From NCBI GenBank assembly GCA_965261085.1, contig OZ253442.1, forward strand, positions 3,232,001-3,296,000: a DNA stretch of 64,000 nt. Direction: 5' to 3'. Positions within the stretch are counted from its first letter, which is position 1, and each line of letters opens with the position of its first letter. This document shows, piece after piece, positions 1 through 9,338 of the stretch. The notes under the pieces were generated by a model. It had not been told where the DNA came from. It ran no database searches and saw only the letters and a list, made by a program, of their open reading frames with translations. The translations under genes were made by a program, and so were the position numbers. The DNA comes from a bacterium (GTDB taxonomy: Bacteria; UBA8248).

Positions 1-2
1 AG

Positions 3-380
3 GCAGCGGCGGGCGGGCTCGGGGTCAATACCACCGCCCTGAAGGTCAGCGCGTTCGTCGTCAGCGCCTTCTTCGCCGGAACGGCGGGCGGCATCCATGC
101 CACTTTTCTGCACTACATCGAACCGTTCGCGGCTTTCGATATCAAGTACACCATGCTGTCCATCGTGATGGCCATGTTCGGTGGGCTGGGAACCGTCCTC
201 GGTGCGGTGATCGGCGCCGTCACGCTCCAGCTCATCAGCGACTTCGTCTGGCTGCACCTCGGCCAGGCCAACATCACCGTCTTCGGTCTCGTTCTGGTCT
301 GCCTGGTCATCTGGATGCCCGACGGCGTCGTGGTCCGCCTCAAGGAGATGGGGATTCTGCCGAAATCGAGGTGGATCTGA
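3..380 (+). CDS. livM: Branched-chain amino acid ABC transporter permease (LivM-like), 5'-truncated by window edge
   Basis: Frame is open from nt 3: GVNTTALKVSAFVVSAFFAGTAGG...MAMFGGLGTVLGAVIGA...MPDG, typical of the LivM C-terminus; precedes livG/livF-like genes. Confidence 0.8.
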   Translation, partial: AAAGGLGVNTTALKVSAFVVSAFFAGTAGGIHATFLHYIEPFAAFDIKYTMLSIVMAMFGGLGTVLGAVIGAVTLQLISDFVWLHLGQANITVFGLVLVCLVIWMPDGVVVRLKEMGILPKSRWI

Positions 381-441
381 CGATGGAGGCGAAAACCCGT
401 CGCGCCGCGGGACACCGCTTGAGTCCACCTGGGAGAGGAGC

Positions 442-1149
442 ATGACCGTCGATAGGCCGATCCTGGATATCCAGGACGTCCGGAAAAGCTTCGGGGGCGT
501 TCATGCGCTCGCCGGGTGCGGCTTTTCCGTCGGAGAGGGCGAGATCGTCGGCCTGATCGGCCCCAACGGCTCCGGCAAGACGACCTTGTTCAATACCATC
601 GTGGGATATCTGCCGCTGGACGGCGGGCGCATCCTCTATCGCGGAGAGAACGTGACGGGTCTGCCGCCCTACCAGATCGCCCGGAAGGGCATTGGCCGCA
701 CCTTCCAGGTGACGCGCATTTTCCCCAAGATGACTCTGATGGAGAACGTCACCTTGCCGACGCGAAACGTCGCCGCGGGCGACAGGGCCCATGAACTTCT
801 CGAGCTCGTCGGCCTGACCGACCTGCGGGACGAATACGCGAGCGACCTCTCCTTCGGCCAGCAACGCCTGCTCTCTATCATCCAGGTTCTGATGCTCGAT
901 CCGGGGTTGATCCTGCTCGACGAGCCGGCCGCCGGCGTCAGTCCCGTTATGCAGAAGAAATTGCTGGAGTTGATCCATTATCTGAATGAGGAAGGCAGGA
1001 CCTTTCTGATCATCGAGCACAACATGGACGTGGTCATGAACAACTGCGAACGCGTCGTCGTCCTGAGCATGGGTGAGAAGATCGCCGAAGGATCGCCGGA
1101 AGAAGTCCGGCGGGACGAGGCGGTCCTCACCGCCTATTTCGGGGCTTGA
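442..1149 (+). CDS. livG: Branched-chain amino acid ABC ATP-binding protein (LivG-like)
   Basis: Walker A GPNGSGKTT, LSFGQQR signature, LLDEPAAG, IEHNM, C-terminal AYFG. Confidence 0.88.
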   Translation: MTVDRPILDIQDVRKSFGGVHALAGCGFSVGEGEIVGLIGPNGSGKTTLFNTIVGYLPLDGGRILYRGENVTGLPPYQIARKGIGRTFQVTRIFPKMTLMENVTLPTRNVAAGDRAHELLELVGLTDLRDEYASDLSFGQQRLLSIIQVLMLDPGLILLDEPAAGVSPVMQKKLLELIHYLNEEGRTFLIIEHNMDVVMNNCERVVVLSMGEKIAEGSPEEVRRDEAVLTAYFGA

Positions 1150-1152
1150 GCC

Positions 1153-1872
1153 ATGGCCGGGGATACGCTGCTGAAGGTCGAGGGAATCGTCTCCGGCTAC
1201 GGCAAGAAGGAAATCCTGCACGGCGTCTCGCTCGAGGTCGGCCGCGGCGAGACGATCGCCCTCATCGGGCCGAACGGCGCCGGCAAGTCGACCGTGCTGC
1301 TGACCATCCTGGGATATCTGAAGCCGACGGAGGGAAAGGTCGTCCTCGAGGGAGATGACATCACCGGGATCGAGCCACACCTGATCATCCGGCACGGGGT
1401 CGCGTATTGCCCCCAGGGTAGCAACATCTTCCCCCAGATGACGGTGAGCGAGCACCTCAACCTAGGCGCCTGGACGGTGGCCGACGCCGAGGAGCGGCGC
1501 CGCTCGCGCGAAGGGGTATTCGGCCTGTTCCCCATCCTGAAGGAGAAGGAGCGCAGCAAGGCCCGAACCCTCAGCGGCGGCCAGCGGCAAATGCTCAGCT
1601 TCGGGATGGCCATGGTTACCAGACCGACCCTCATCCTGCTCGACGAGCCGACGATCGGGCTGGCGCCCACGGTGATGGAAACCATCTTCGAGAGCATCGA
1701 GCGGATTCACCGCGACGGTGTATCGATCCTGGTCGTGGAGCAGAACTCGGCCAAGGCCCTGGAAAATTCCGACCGGGGATACGTGCTGGATATGGGTCGG
1801 AATCGTCGCGAGGGAGACTCGGCGGAGCTTCTGCTTGACCCGAAAATCCGACAGATGTATCTTGGCATGTAG
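1153..1872 (+). CDS. livF: Branched-chain amino acid ABC ATP-binding protein (LivF-like)
   Basis: GPNGAGKST, LSGGQRQM, LLDEPTIGLAP, VEQN, ends YLGM. Confidence 0.88.
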   Translation: MAGDTLLKVEGIVSGYGKKEILHGVSLEVGRGETIALIGPNGAGKSTVLLTILGYLKPTEGKVVLEGDDITGIEPHLIIRHGVAYCPQGSNIFPQMTVSEHLNLGAWTVADAEERRRSREGVFGLFPILKEKERSKARTLSGGQRQMLSFGMAMVTRPTLILLDEPTIGLAPTVMETIFESIERIHRDGVSILVVEQNSAKALENSDRGYVLDMGRNRREGDSAELLLDPKIRQMYLGM

Positions 1873-1951
1873 TCACCGGGATGCCCGCCACGAGAGTCCG
1901 AGGCGCCCTTGAAACCGCGCATCGCGCACACCGAAGAGGGAGGGACGAACG

Positions 1952-3274
1952 ATGAGCATGGTCGAAGACGCAATGGCATTCGTCGACGAGGACGCTATCG
2001 CCCAGTTGACGATGGAGATGGTCGACATCCCGAGCCCCCAGGGCGGCGAGAAGGCGCTCGCCGAATATCTCGCCGACCGCTTCCGGGCGGCGGGCCTTGT
2101 GACCTGGATGCAGGAGGTCGAGCAGGATCGATATAACGTCTTCGGCCGGATCGAGGGCACGGGCGACGGCCCTACCCTGATGTACTGCGGCCATCTGGAC
2201 ACGACCTACGGCGGCGACGAGGAGGGCATCCGCGATCTCGGGCCGGGATATCAGCCGAAATCCTGGCGCGAGGACGAGTGGGTCTACGGCATGGGCACCT
2301 ACAACATGAAGAGCGGTCACGCGTCGGCCATCCTCGCCGTGGAGGCCATGGCCCGGTCCAAGGCGAAGCTGCGCGGCAACCTGATGATCGCCGGCGTCGT
2401 CGGCGAGACTTGCCACACGCCGGTGGGGCGTTACCAGGGCGCCCGCTATCGGGGCTGTGGAATCGGCGCCCGCTTCATGGTCAACAACGGCATCACCGCC
2501 GACATGGTGGTCATACCCGAGCCGACATCCAACCGGATTTCGGTGGCCACGGGCGGATACGTGTTCTTAGAACTCATGACCCGGGGCAACCCTGCCGCCA
2601 CCTACAGCCGCGGCGGCTCCACGGTGCAGATCAAGCCCGGCGAAGACGCCATCGAGAAGATGCTGAACGCCATACCCGCCCTCAAAAGCTGGGGCGAGGA
2701 CTACCTGAGCAGGACCCGCTACAAGGGGGAGCAGGCCGGAAACGTCAACATCATCGCCATCGAAGGGGGGCATCCGTTTCGGGCGAGCAAGCTGCCGTGC
2801 TTCTGCCGACTCTATCTGGAAGTCGGGACCATGCCGGGCCAGCTGCACGGCGATGTCATCGCCGAAGTGGACCAGATAGTCCGGCAGCTGCGGGAGCGGG
2901 ACCCCGCCATCGAAATCGAGCTGCAGGTCCTCCAGACGGCGTACGCGGCCGAAATATCGCCCGAGGAATACGTCGTGCGCAGCATCTCCGCCTCGCACGA
3001 CCTCGTCTGGGGCGAGCGGCCCGAGATCACCTGGGACGGCTGGTACGCCGACACCGCACCGCTGACCCGCGCCGGAATTCCGGCGATCTGCTACGGCCCC
3101 CAGGGCCGCGCCCGCGGCGGCGGCACAGGCTACTACCCGAAGGAGGGAGAGCACGCATCGGTCCAGGATCTCACCAAAGGCACCAGCGTGTTCGTCCACG
3201 CCGCCCATGACATCTGCATGAAGGATCGCCTCGAGATACGCAAGCCGGATGTCGCAGGGACAATCGTGCGCTGA
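1952..3274 (+). CDS. M20/ArgE-DapE family metallopeptidase/deacylase
   Basis: IPSPQGGE, GHLDT, YGMGTYNMKSG, IPEPT, GIPAICYGP motifs; RBS-like GAGGGAGG upstream. Confidence 0.8.
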   Translation: MSMVEDAMAFVDEDAIAQLTMEMVDIPSPQGGEKALAEYLADRFRAAGLVTWMQEVEQDRYNVFGRIEGTGDGPTLMYCGHLDTTYGGDEEGIRDLGPGYQPKSWREDEWVYGMGTYNMKSGHASAILAVEAMARSKAKLRGNLMIAGVVGETCHTPVGRYQGARYRGCGIGARFMVNNGITADMVVIPEPTSNRISVATGGYVFLELMTRGNPAATYSRGGSTVQIKPGEDAIEKMLNAIPALKSWGEDYLSRTRYKGEQAGNVNIIAIEGGHPFRASKLPCFCRLYLEVGTMPGQLHGDVIAEVDQIVRQLRERDPAIEIELQVLQTAYAAEISPEEYVVRSISASHDLVWGERPEITWDGWYADTAPLTRAGIPAICYGPQGRARGGGTGYYPKEGEHASVQDLTKGTSVFVHAAHDICMKDRLEIRKPDVAGTIVR

Positions 3275-3714
3275 CGCGTCCCCGCAAGAAGCGGGAGCCG
3301 CCCCTCCCATCTAAGAGCGGAACAAGCCGGGCGCCCCCGGGAAAATCTGCGAACCGGGGCAACTTTACTCGGAATTCGACTTTCTGGGCATACCGCCTCG
3401 ACCATGGCGGCGGAATGCCGCTTGCCTTTGATGCTAGCGCCGTGAAGGCCCGCGCTTCAATGCATTTACCGACAGGGACGTTCGGGCCGCCGGAGGGCAA
3501 CCCCAGGCAAAACCCGAAAATCGCCGGCCAAAGGCGCCGTTAACCCCTCCGGCAAAAAAACCGCAACCAATCAAGTTTCTAAATTTAGTACACCAGACCG
3601 GGCAAAAAGAGTTCCCGATTATAAACGGAAAATCCCAGCCGCCAAACCAAACATCGAAACCGCCCGAGGGGATATCATACAGCCGCCCGCCGAAAGTTTC
3701 CGCCCCCGGTTTTT

Positions 3715-3815
3715 TCGCACGCCATCGAAGGCGCGCACCGCGGTTTCGCTAAAAATCTTTCCAAACTCCTCATCGGCAAATCCCCATTCCACGAGGGCCG
3801 CGGTGAGGCTCGGCA
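3715..3815 (-). pseudogene. Possible C-terminal relic of a membrane dipeptidase (M19)-like amidohydrolase
   Basis: MPSLTAALVEWGFADEEFGKIFSETAVRAF resembles the M19 C-terminal pattern P.LT..L..RG.S.E.I.KI.GGN..R.F; boundaries approximate. Confidence 0.35.
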
Positions 3816-3957
3816 TCACCCGATATGCTCCCCTCGGCCGCCCCTCAGCCCCGAATAGAACGGGCCGGGGAAACATCGCGCCGCCCTTTTCCCTCTCCCG
3901 GCGGGGGTCTTGCCGTTGGACCCAAATGGAAGAGGACAACGGGCCGAATGAAAAACC

Positions 3958-4788
3958 TTACTCCTGCGTGCTCTCGTGCCAGCGGAGAAAGTGGTTGCGG
4001 ACCGCGCCCAGGCCGTAGATGGCGCAAAAACCAATCACCCCGATGAGCGCCATGCCCATGAAAGCGTCCGCGGTCAAGTTGTCTTCCCGCGCCAGCATGA
4101 TCATGAACCCGATTCCCTCCTGCGCCCCCGCCAACTCGGCCGCGATGAGCCCGCGGAAAGCATAGCCGAGTCCGATCCACAGCCCGGTCATAATGTGGGG
4201 CAAGGTGGCGGGCAGCGTGACCCGCCAGAAAAGCTGCCCCCGGCTCGCGCCCAGGGAGCGCGCCGCGCGGATGATGGCGGGGTCGGTCATTCTGACGCCG
4301 TCAAAGGTGCAGATGATGGCGGGAAACAACGCTCCATAGGTGATGATGAAAATCTTGGAACCCTCCCCCATCCGGAACATCAAGATGGCGAGGGGAATCC
4401 ATGCAACCTCGGGTATTTGCCGAAATATGTCCACGAGCGGTTCGAGCGCCTCGCCGATGATTCGGACCTGACCCATGAGCAAACCGATCAAGATGCCCAT
4501 GACGGAGCCCAAAAAGAACCCCTCGGTGATACGAACCACCGAGGCAATGATGTGGTGAAGAAGCTCACCCCCTTCAGCACGCCTGATTCCGGACTGGATG
4601 GCCATCCAGGGAGACGGCAGGATGAGCGAGTCCACCAATTCGAGGGTGACGGAGAGCTGCCAAAGGACGACAAACCCCGTCACCGAGATGGTGGATATTC
4701 CAAAGCGGCCTGACAAGGATTGCGTTTGCAACGTCTCTCCTAGTAGAACGCGCCTTCCCGGCTCTTGGGATGCCAGCGGAGAAACCAC
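3958..4788 (-). CDS. Nitrate/sulfonate/taurine-type ABC permease (SsuC/TauC-like)
   Basis: RQIPEVAWIPL, AARSLGAS EAA loop, LIAAEL...GIGFMI; start uncertain (overlaps upstream permease). Confidence 0.85.
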   Translation of the reverse strand: MVSPLASQEPGRRVLLGETLQTQSLSGRFGISTISVTGFVVLWQLSVTLELVDSLILPSPWMAIQSGIRRAEGGELLHHIIASVVRITEGFFLGSVMGILIGLLMGQVRIIGEALEPLVDIFRQIPEVAWIPLAILMFRMGEGSKIFIITYGALFPAIICTFDGVRMTDPAIIRAARSLGASRGQLFWRVTLPATLPHIMTGLWIGLGYAFRGLIAAELAGAQEGIGFMIMLAREDNLTADAFMGMALIGVIGFCAIYGLGAVRNHFLRWHESTQE

Positions 4789-5510
4789 CTCTCCGCGATT
4801 TCCACGAGGCGCGTGATGCTAAATCCCAAGGCGCCGATTACGACCATACCCAAGATGACCAAATCCCCGCGGAAATAATTCCGAGCGTCCTGAATCAGAA
4901 ATCCCAGGCCCGATGTAGAACCCACCAACTCCGCCGCAACCAACAAGGCGAAGGAGACCTGAACGCCCAGCCGAAAACCGGTGAAGATGTAAGGGAGGGC
5001 ACCGGGAAGGACCACGCGGAAGAAAATGTCCCGGCGGTTGGCCCCCAGGCTGCGCGCGGCGCGCACCAGAACGGGATCCAGCGAGCGGACCCCCATGAAG
5101 GTATTGGTGACAACGGCGATGAACACTCCCATGGATATGATGAATACTTTGGAGGCGTCTTCGATACCGAACCAGATAAGGGCCACCGGAATCCAGGCCA
5201 GGCCGGGAACGGGCCGGATGATTTCGACCAATGGCCCCACCGCCGCGTGGAAGAACCGGAATTGGCCCATCAGGATTCCGATGATTACGCCGGTAAAAGA
5301 ACCAACGACGAAACCCTTGAACATTCGCCAAAGGCTGACGGCAATGTGCTCTTGCAACTCACCCGCTTGAAAAAGATCAACCGCTCCCTCCCAAACTTCC
5401 TTAGGAGGTGGCAAGAAGAGCGGATTGACCAATTTGTAATTCGTGACCACGAACCAGAGGAGAATCAATCCCCCGATAGAGATGGCGCGCGTCACCATTT
5501 TTCTGTTCAT
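4740..5510 (-). CDS. Nitrate/sulfonate/taurine-type ABC permease (SsuC/TauC-like)
   Basis: RPVPGLAWIPV, AARSLGAN, LVAAELVG..SGLGFLI. Confidence 0.88.
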   Translation of the reverse strand: MNRKMVTRAISIGGLILLWFVVTNYKLVNPLFLPPPKEVWEGAVDLFQAGELQEHIAVSLWRMFKGFVVGSFTGVIIGILMGQFRFFHAAVGPLVEIIRPVPGLAWIPVALIWFGIEDASKVFIISMGVFIAVVTNTFMGVRSLDPVLVRAARSLGANRRDIFFRVVLPGALPYIFTGFRLGVQVSFALLVAAELVGSTSGLGFLIQDARNYFRGDLVILGMVVIGALGFSITRLVEIAERWFLRWHPKSREGAFY

Positions 5511-6319
5511 GCACCCTCTCCCAAAGCCGCGGAATCCGAATCCTGTACTTCCAACGACTTCTCCACCTCGACCCGGATGAGGTCGTCCATCATCCGATAC
5601 AGTTCGTTGAATTCGGGAGAAGTCCTCTCCCGGGGACGGGGAAGGTCAACGCCGAGAAGAGCCTTCACCTGGCCCGGGCGGGCCGTCATGACCACCACCC
5701 GGTCGGCCAGAACGATGGCCTCGTCGATGGCGTGGGTCACGAAGAGGACGGTTTTCTTCGTTTCACCGAGAAGCTTCAGGAGCTCTTCCTGCATCACCCG
5801 ACGCGTCTGGGCGTCCAATGCTCCAAAAGGCTCGTCCATCAACAGCACTTCGGGATCGTTCGCCAGCGCCCGGGCGATCCCGACGCGCTGCTTCATTCCG
5901 CCCGAAAGCTCGAAGGGGAATTTGTCCTCAAATCCCGTAAGGTGGATGCGCTGGATGAGCTCCCGTGCGCGGGCGTGCCGTTCGGCTTTTTCCATCCCCT
6001 TCAGGACAGGACCGAATTCGATATTTTCGAGCACCGTCCGCCAGGGGAAAAGGGCGAATTCCTGGAAGACGAAACCCCGGTCGGGTCCCGGCTCGATGAC
6101 CGGACGCCCATCGACGCGGACCTCCCCTCCGGAGGGGGGGAGGAATCCCGCGACGATGTTCAGGAGGGTGGATTTTCCGCATCCGCTGGGACCGAGGATG
6201 CAGATGACTTCGCCTTTTTGGACCTCGAGGTTTATTTCATCCAGCGCCCGCACCGTTGATTTGGTGCGCCGGTCGACGAATTCTTTCGAGACCCGATTTA
6301 CTTGCAGATTAACCATCAT
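5507..6319 (-). CDS. Nitrate/sulfonate/taurine-type ABC ATP-binding protein (SsuB/TauB-like)
   Basis: GPSGCGKST, LSGGMKQR, LMDEPFGALDAQTR, VTHAIDEA. Confidence 0.9.
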   Translation of the reverse strand: MMVNLQVNRVSKEFVDRRTKSTVRALDEINLEVQKGEVICILGPSGCGKSTLLNIVAGFLPPSGGEVRVDGRPVIEPGPDRGFVFQEFALFPWRTVLENIEFGPVLKGMEKAERHARARELIQRIHLTGFEDKFPFELSGGMKQRVGIARALANDPEVLLMDEPFGALDAQTRRVMQEELLKLLGETKKTVLFVTHAIDEAIVLADRVVVMTARPGQVKALLGVDLPRPRERTSPEFNELYRMMDDLIRVEVEKSLEVQDSDSAALGEGA

Positions 6320-6371
6320 ATCGGAAATTCACTATACAGACACCCCAAACCGGTAAAGTGAAACTGTCCTG

Positions 6372-7418
6372 CTAAAGCTTGCAGGCCCCTTCGGTCTTCA
6401 CCAGATCCTTCGCGACCGACTTCAGGAGATCCGTATAGACGAATTCTTTCATGTTCGGCGTTCTTTTGAGCTTCCTGCCGACCCTTTTCATATTAACGGC
6501 CACCGCCTGCTCGGCGTTCACCATTTCATCCGTAATTTCAAGCCTGTAGAAAGTGTTGTCAAGAATGGGTTTCATCGCGGGAGCGGACATCTTATATGCC
6601 TTGCCCAGGATATTGAGAAACTCTGCGCGATTTCCCGAATCGTTCATGAACCGGTAGGACTTCAACATCGCGCGCATATACGCCCTCATGGCGTCCTGCT
6701 TGTTTTTCAGGGCCTCTTTCCGCGCGCTGATGAGGGTGAAGGAAAGATGGATATTGGCGGGCTTCGCCATTCCGCTAAACTTGTTGAGCAACTGGGAATG
6801 AGCAAAATGCGTCGGCCGGACCTGTGCCGCGGTCGTCAGATGCGGATACCAAACCACCCCGCCGTCCACGTCCTTGTTCTTGAAGGCGGCGAGGAGATCG
6901 TTCGGTGCCAGATTCACCACCCGGATCTTTTTGGCGTCCAGGCTGTATTTTTCAAGAAAATTGATCCACAGAATGTGGGCCGCAGATGCAAACCGCAACC
7001 CGATCTTTTTCCCGTAGAAGTCGGTAGGTTTCGTCATGCCCAAGTCCTTGCCGACAAAAATCTCGAGGTAATCCTTGTCCTGCCCGTTCTGGGCGATGAT
7101 GCAGGCGGGCACGTTGGCGGCAGCCAGCGAGACAAATGGCAAATCCCCCGAGTGGCCCAGCTCGACGCCGCCCGCCGCGAGCGCCTCAACCATGGCCGCG
7201 CCGGAGGAGAAGATCTTGTGTTCAATCACAAGGTCCTCTTGCGCGAAGTAGCCCTTATTCTTGGCGACGTGGATGGGCGCCCCGATGTTGCCACCGCCCG
7301 ATCCCACGACTAGTTTGTACTTGGCCGCTTCCGAGACGCCGGCGCCCGAGCCAAAGGCCCAGACCGCCACAACCGCAACGAGCATTAAAAAATTGAATCG
7401 TTTCCACGCGCACTTCAT
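6372..7418 (-). CDS. ABC substrate-binding protein, SsuA/NMT1-like
   Basis: Start moved to MKCAW (AGGAGG RBS upstream); signal peptide; VAKNKGYFAQEDL, DGGVVWYP; first gene of the Tau/Ssu-like operon. Confidence 0.82.
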   Translation of the reverse strand: MKCAWKRFNFLMLVAVVAVWAFGSGAGVSEAAKYKLVVGSGGGNIGAPIHVAKNKGYFAQEDLVIEHKIFSSGAAMVEALAAGGVELGHSGDLPFVSLAAANVPACIIAQNGQDKDYLEIFVGKDLGMTKPTDFYGKKIGLRFASAAHILWINFLEKYSLDAKKIRVVNLAPNDLLAAFKNKDVDGGVVWYPHLTTAAQVRPTHFAHSQLLNKFSGMAKPANIHLSFTLISARKEALKNKQDAMRAYMRAMLKSYRFMNDSGNRAEFLNILGKAYKMSAPAMKPILDNTFYRLEITDEMVNAEQAVAVNMKRVGRKLKRTPNMKEFVYTDLLKSVAKDLVKTEGACKL

Positions 7419-7772
7419 ATCGCAAGTCCTCCTTTTCACTACGTTTTGGTGAGTAAAAACCCTCAAGTATGCACTCACTCCCCCACCTGGAGACGGGCTC
7501 AACGCGGACGCGCAACTCCGTTCTCCAGATCCTCAAATATACTTTAGATAATAAGGACATATGAGAGAAGTATTACCTAATTTGTCAATGAAGTGCAAGA
7601 TTGGAAAATTCGTTGGGGCCGGGGTGGTTTTCCCCTCCCGCAGAACGGGGCAAAAACGGTAAGACCAAAAGAAAATTTCATGAGGTATTCTTACGCCCGC
7701 ATGGAGAAACAAGCGGGATCGGGGAGACGGAACACGTACGGCCGAAATGGACCACCAAAATAAATTCTTTGT

Positions 7773-8160
7773 TTACCACTCCAAAACGATCCGCCCGACG
7801 GGGTCCCCCTGCCGGAGTTTGTCCAAGGCCCCGTTCGCCTCTTCCATCGCGTAGCGGTCAGAGATGATGGGTTTGACGCGCCCGTCGCTCACAAGCGACG
7901 CCACATCCTCGACGTCCTTCACCGTATGGTTATGGGACGCGATGATCTGGATCCACTTGGAGACGAGCGTGAAGGGTTCCAGCGGAAAGGTCTGCCCGGG
8001 CTGGTATCCCAATATGATGAGGCGGCCCCCGGGCCGGAGGAGTTCCAGGCATTGCTGAAGAACGATGGGCACGGCCCCCCCCCCGACGATTTCGAGCGCC
8101 ACGTCGGCCCCCACGCCGTCCGTCATGTCGAGAATGGCCTGGACGGGATCCACTTCGGCG
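7773..8160 (-). pseudogene. C-terminal fragment of a zinc-binding (MDR) alcohol dehydrogenase
   Basis: TDGVGADVALEIVG, LLRPGGRLIILG, GRIVL; N-terminal catalytic/NAD-binding part absent. Confidence 0.7.
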
Positions 8161-8249
8161 ATAATGTCATGAACCCGAAACAAGTCTCCCGCCTTCGTCC
8201 AGGGCGTCGGCCGCGATGCTCTCCGCGACCCGTTCCGCCGCCTCGCGCA

Positions 8250-8680
8250 CCGCCTGGTGAAGATAGGTGTCGGCGTTGCGGATGTGATGTGCCTCGTCGA
8301 GAATCACGAGATCGAACCTGGGCGGCGGATCGAGGCCTAGCAGCCCTTCGCTGGCCCGCGACCCTTTTCCCTCCTTGCCGAAGAGCAGGTCCGAATCGAA
8401 CAGGGAGAACGGGATGATGGCCCTGGCATAGCGGTCGGGCCATTCGCCTTCCAGGTCCGTTTCCCGCAGACAGTGACGCAGCGTTCGACCGTCGAGCGCC
8501 TCGAAGTGCTCGTCGAAACGCTTCATCTCCACGAACCACTTGCGCTCGGTCACCAGCGCCTTGGGACAGATGACCAGCACCGAGGAAATGTCCGTCCGGG
8601 CCCGCAGCTCCTTGATGATCAGTCCGGCCTCGATCGTCTTGCCCACGCCCACCTCGTCGGCAATCAGCAGGCGGGGCCGG
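8250..8680 (-). pseudogene. Internal fragment of a SNF2/RapA-like helicase
   Basis: RLLIADEVGVGKTIEAGLI (motif I), LVICPKAL, LVILDEAHHIRN (DEAH motif II); no C-terminal helicase domain. Confidence 0.8.
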
Positions 8681-9023
8681 ACGCGAGGAGGAAATCGAGC
8701 AAATCAGCCGAAATATCTCCGAAGTCGCTCCGGAATTGCCGAACAAATCGGCGAAGGACTCGCAGGATCGGGCGGGTTCGGGAAGCGGTGATGCATGAGT
8801 TGACCCTCCCCAATCCGGGTGGTTCAGCCAGATGAAGCCAAGGATGTTGGCGAGGAGGATCTCAGACGAGAAGGATTGTCAAGATCTTAAACTAAGAAAT
8901 TCTGTTGGTGTGAAAGAGCTACGCTCAGATCTGGTGTATGGGCTGAATTGAAGGTGGCGGCGCATTTCTGCTGAAATGTGGTTTTGAGGACCTTTATTTC
9001 AGCGAGAGAGGAGATGCGCCACC

Positions 9024-9165
9024 ATGCACAACGATACGACGGTTACTTTTTCGAATCCAGCCTTTCGGGACATCCTCGGCGAAGTGGTGCGCAATGGCGC
9101 CCAGCGGATCATTCGACGGGCCTTGGAAGTGGAGTTGCAGGTCTTTGTGGAGGAGCATGATGCCT
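9024..9165 (+). pseudogene. N-terminal relic of an IS256-like transposase
   Basis: D.LGEVVRNGAQRIIRRALEVELQVFVEEH resembles IS256-family N-termini; GAGGAG RBS upstream; truncated. Confidence 0.5.
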
Positions 9166-9338
9166 CCGTTCCGCATCCGGGGTGTAGCCCCTCGCGGATC
9201 CTCTCCTGCCTAGTTGAATTTCCGTGAAGCGCCTCCAGTGGGTACCGCTTCACGGATGGGGTGTCAAAAACTCGGGCCCACTTCGGCCCGGGAGAGGACC
9301 CCCTGCAGAGCTCAGTCTTTAGCCGAGCGGGCTGGCCG

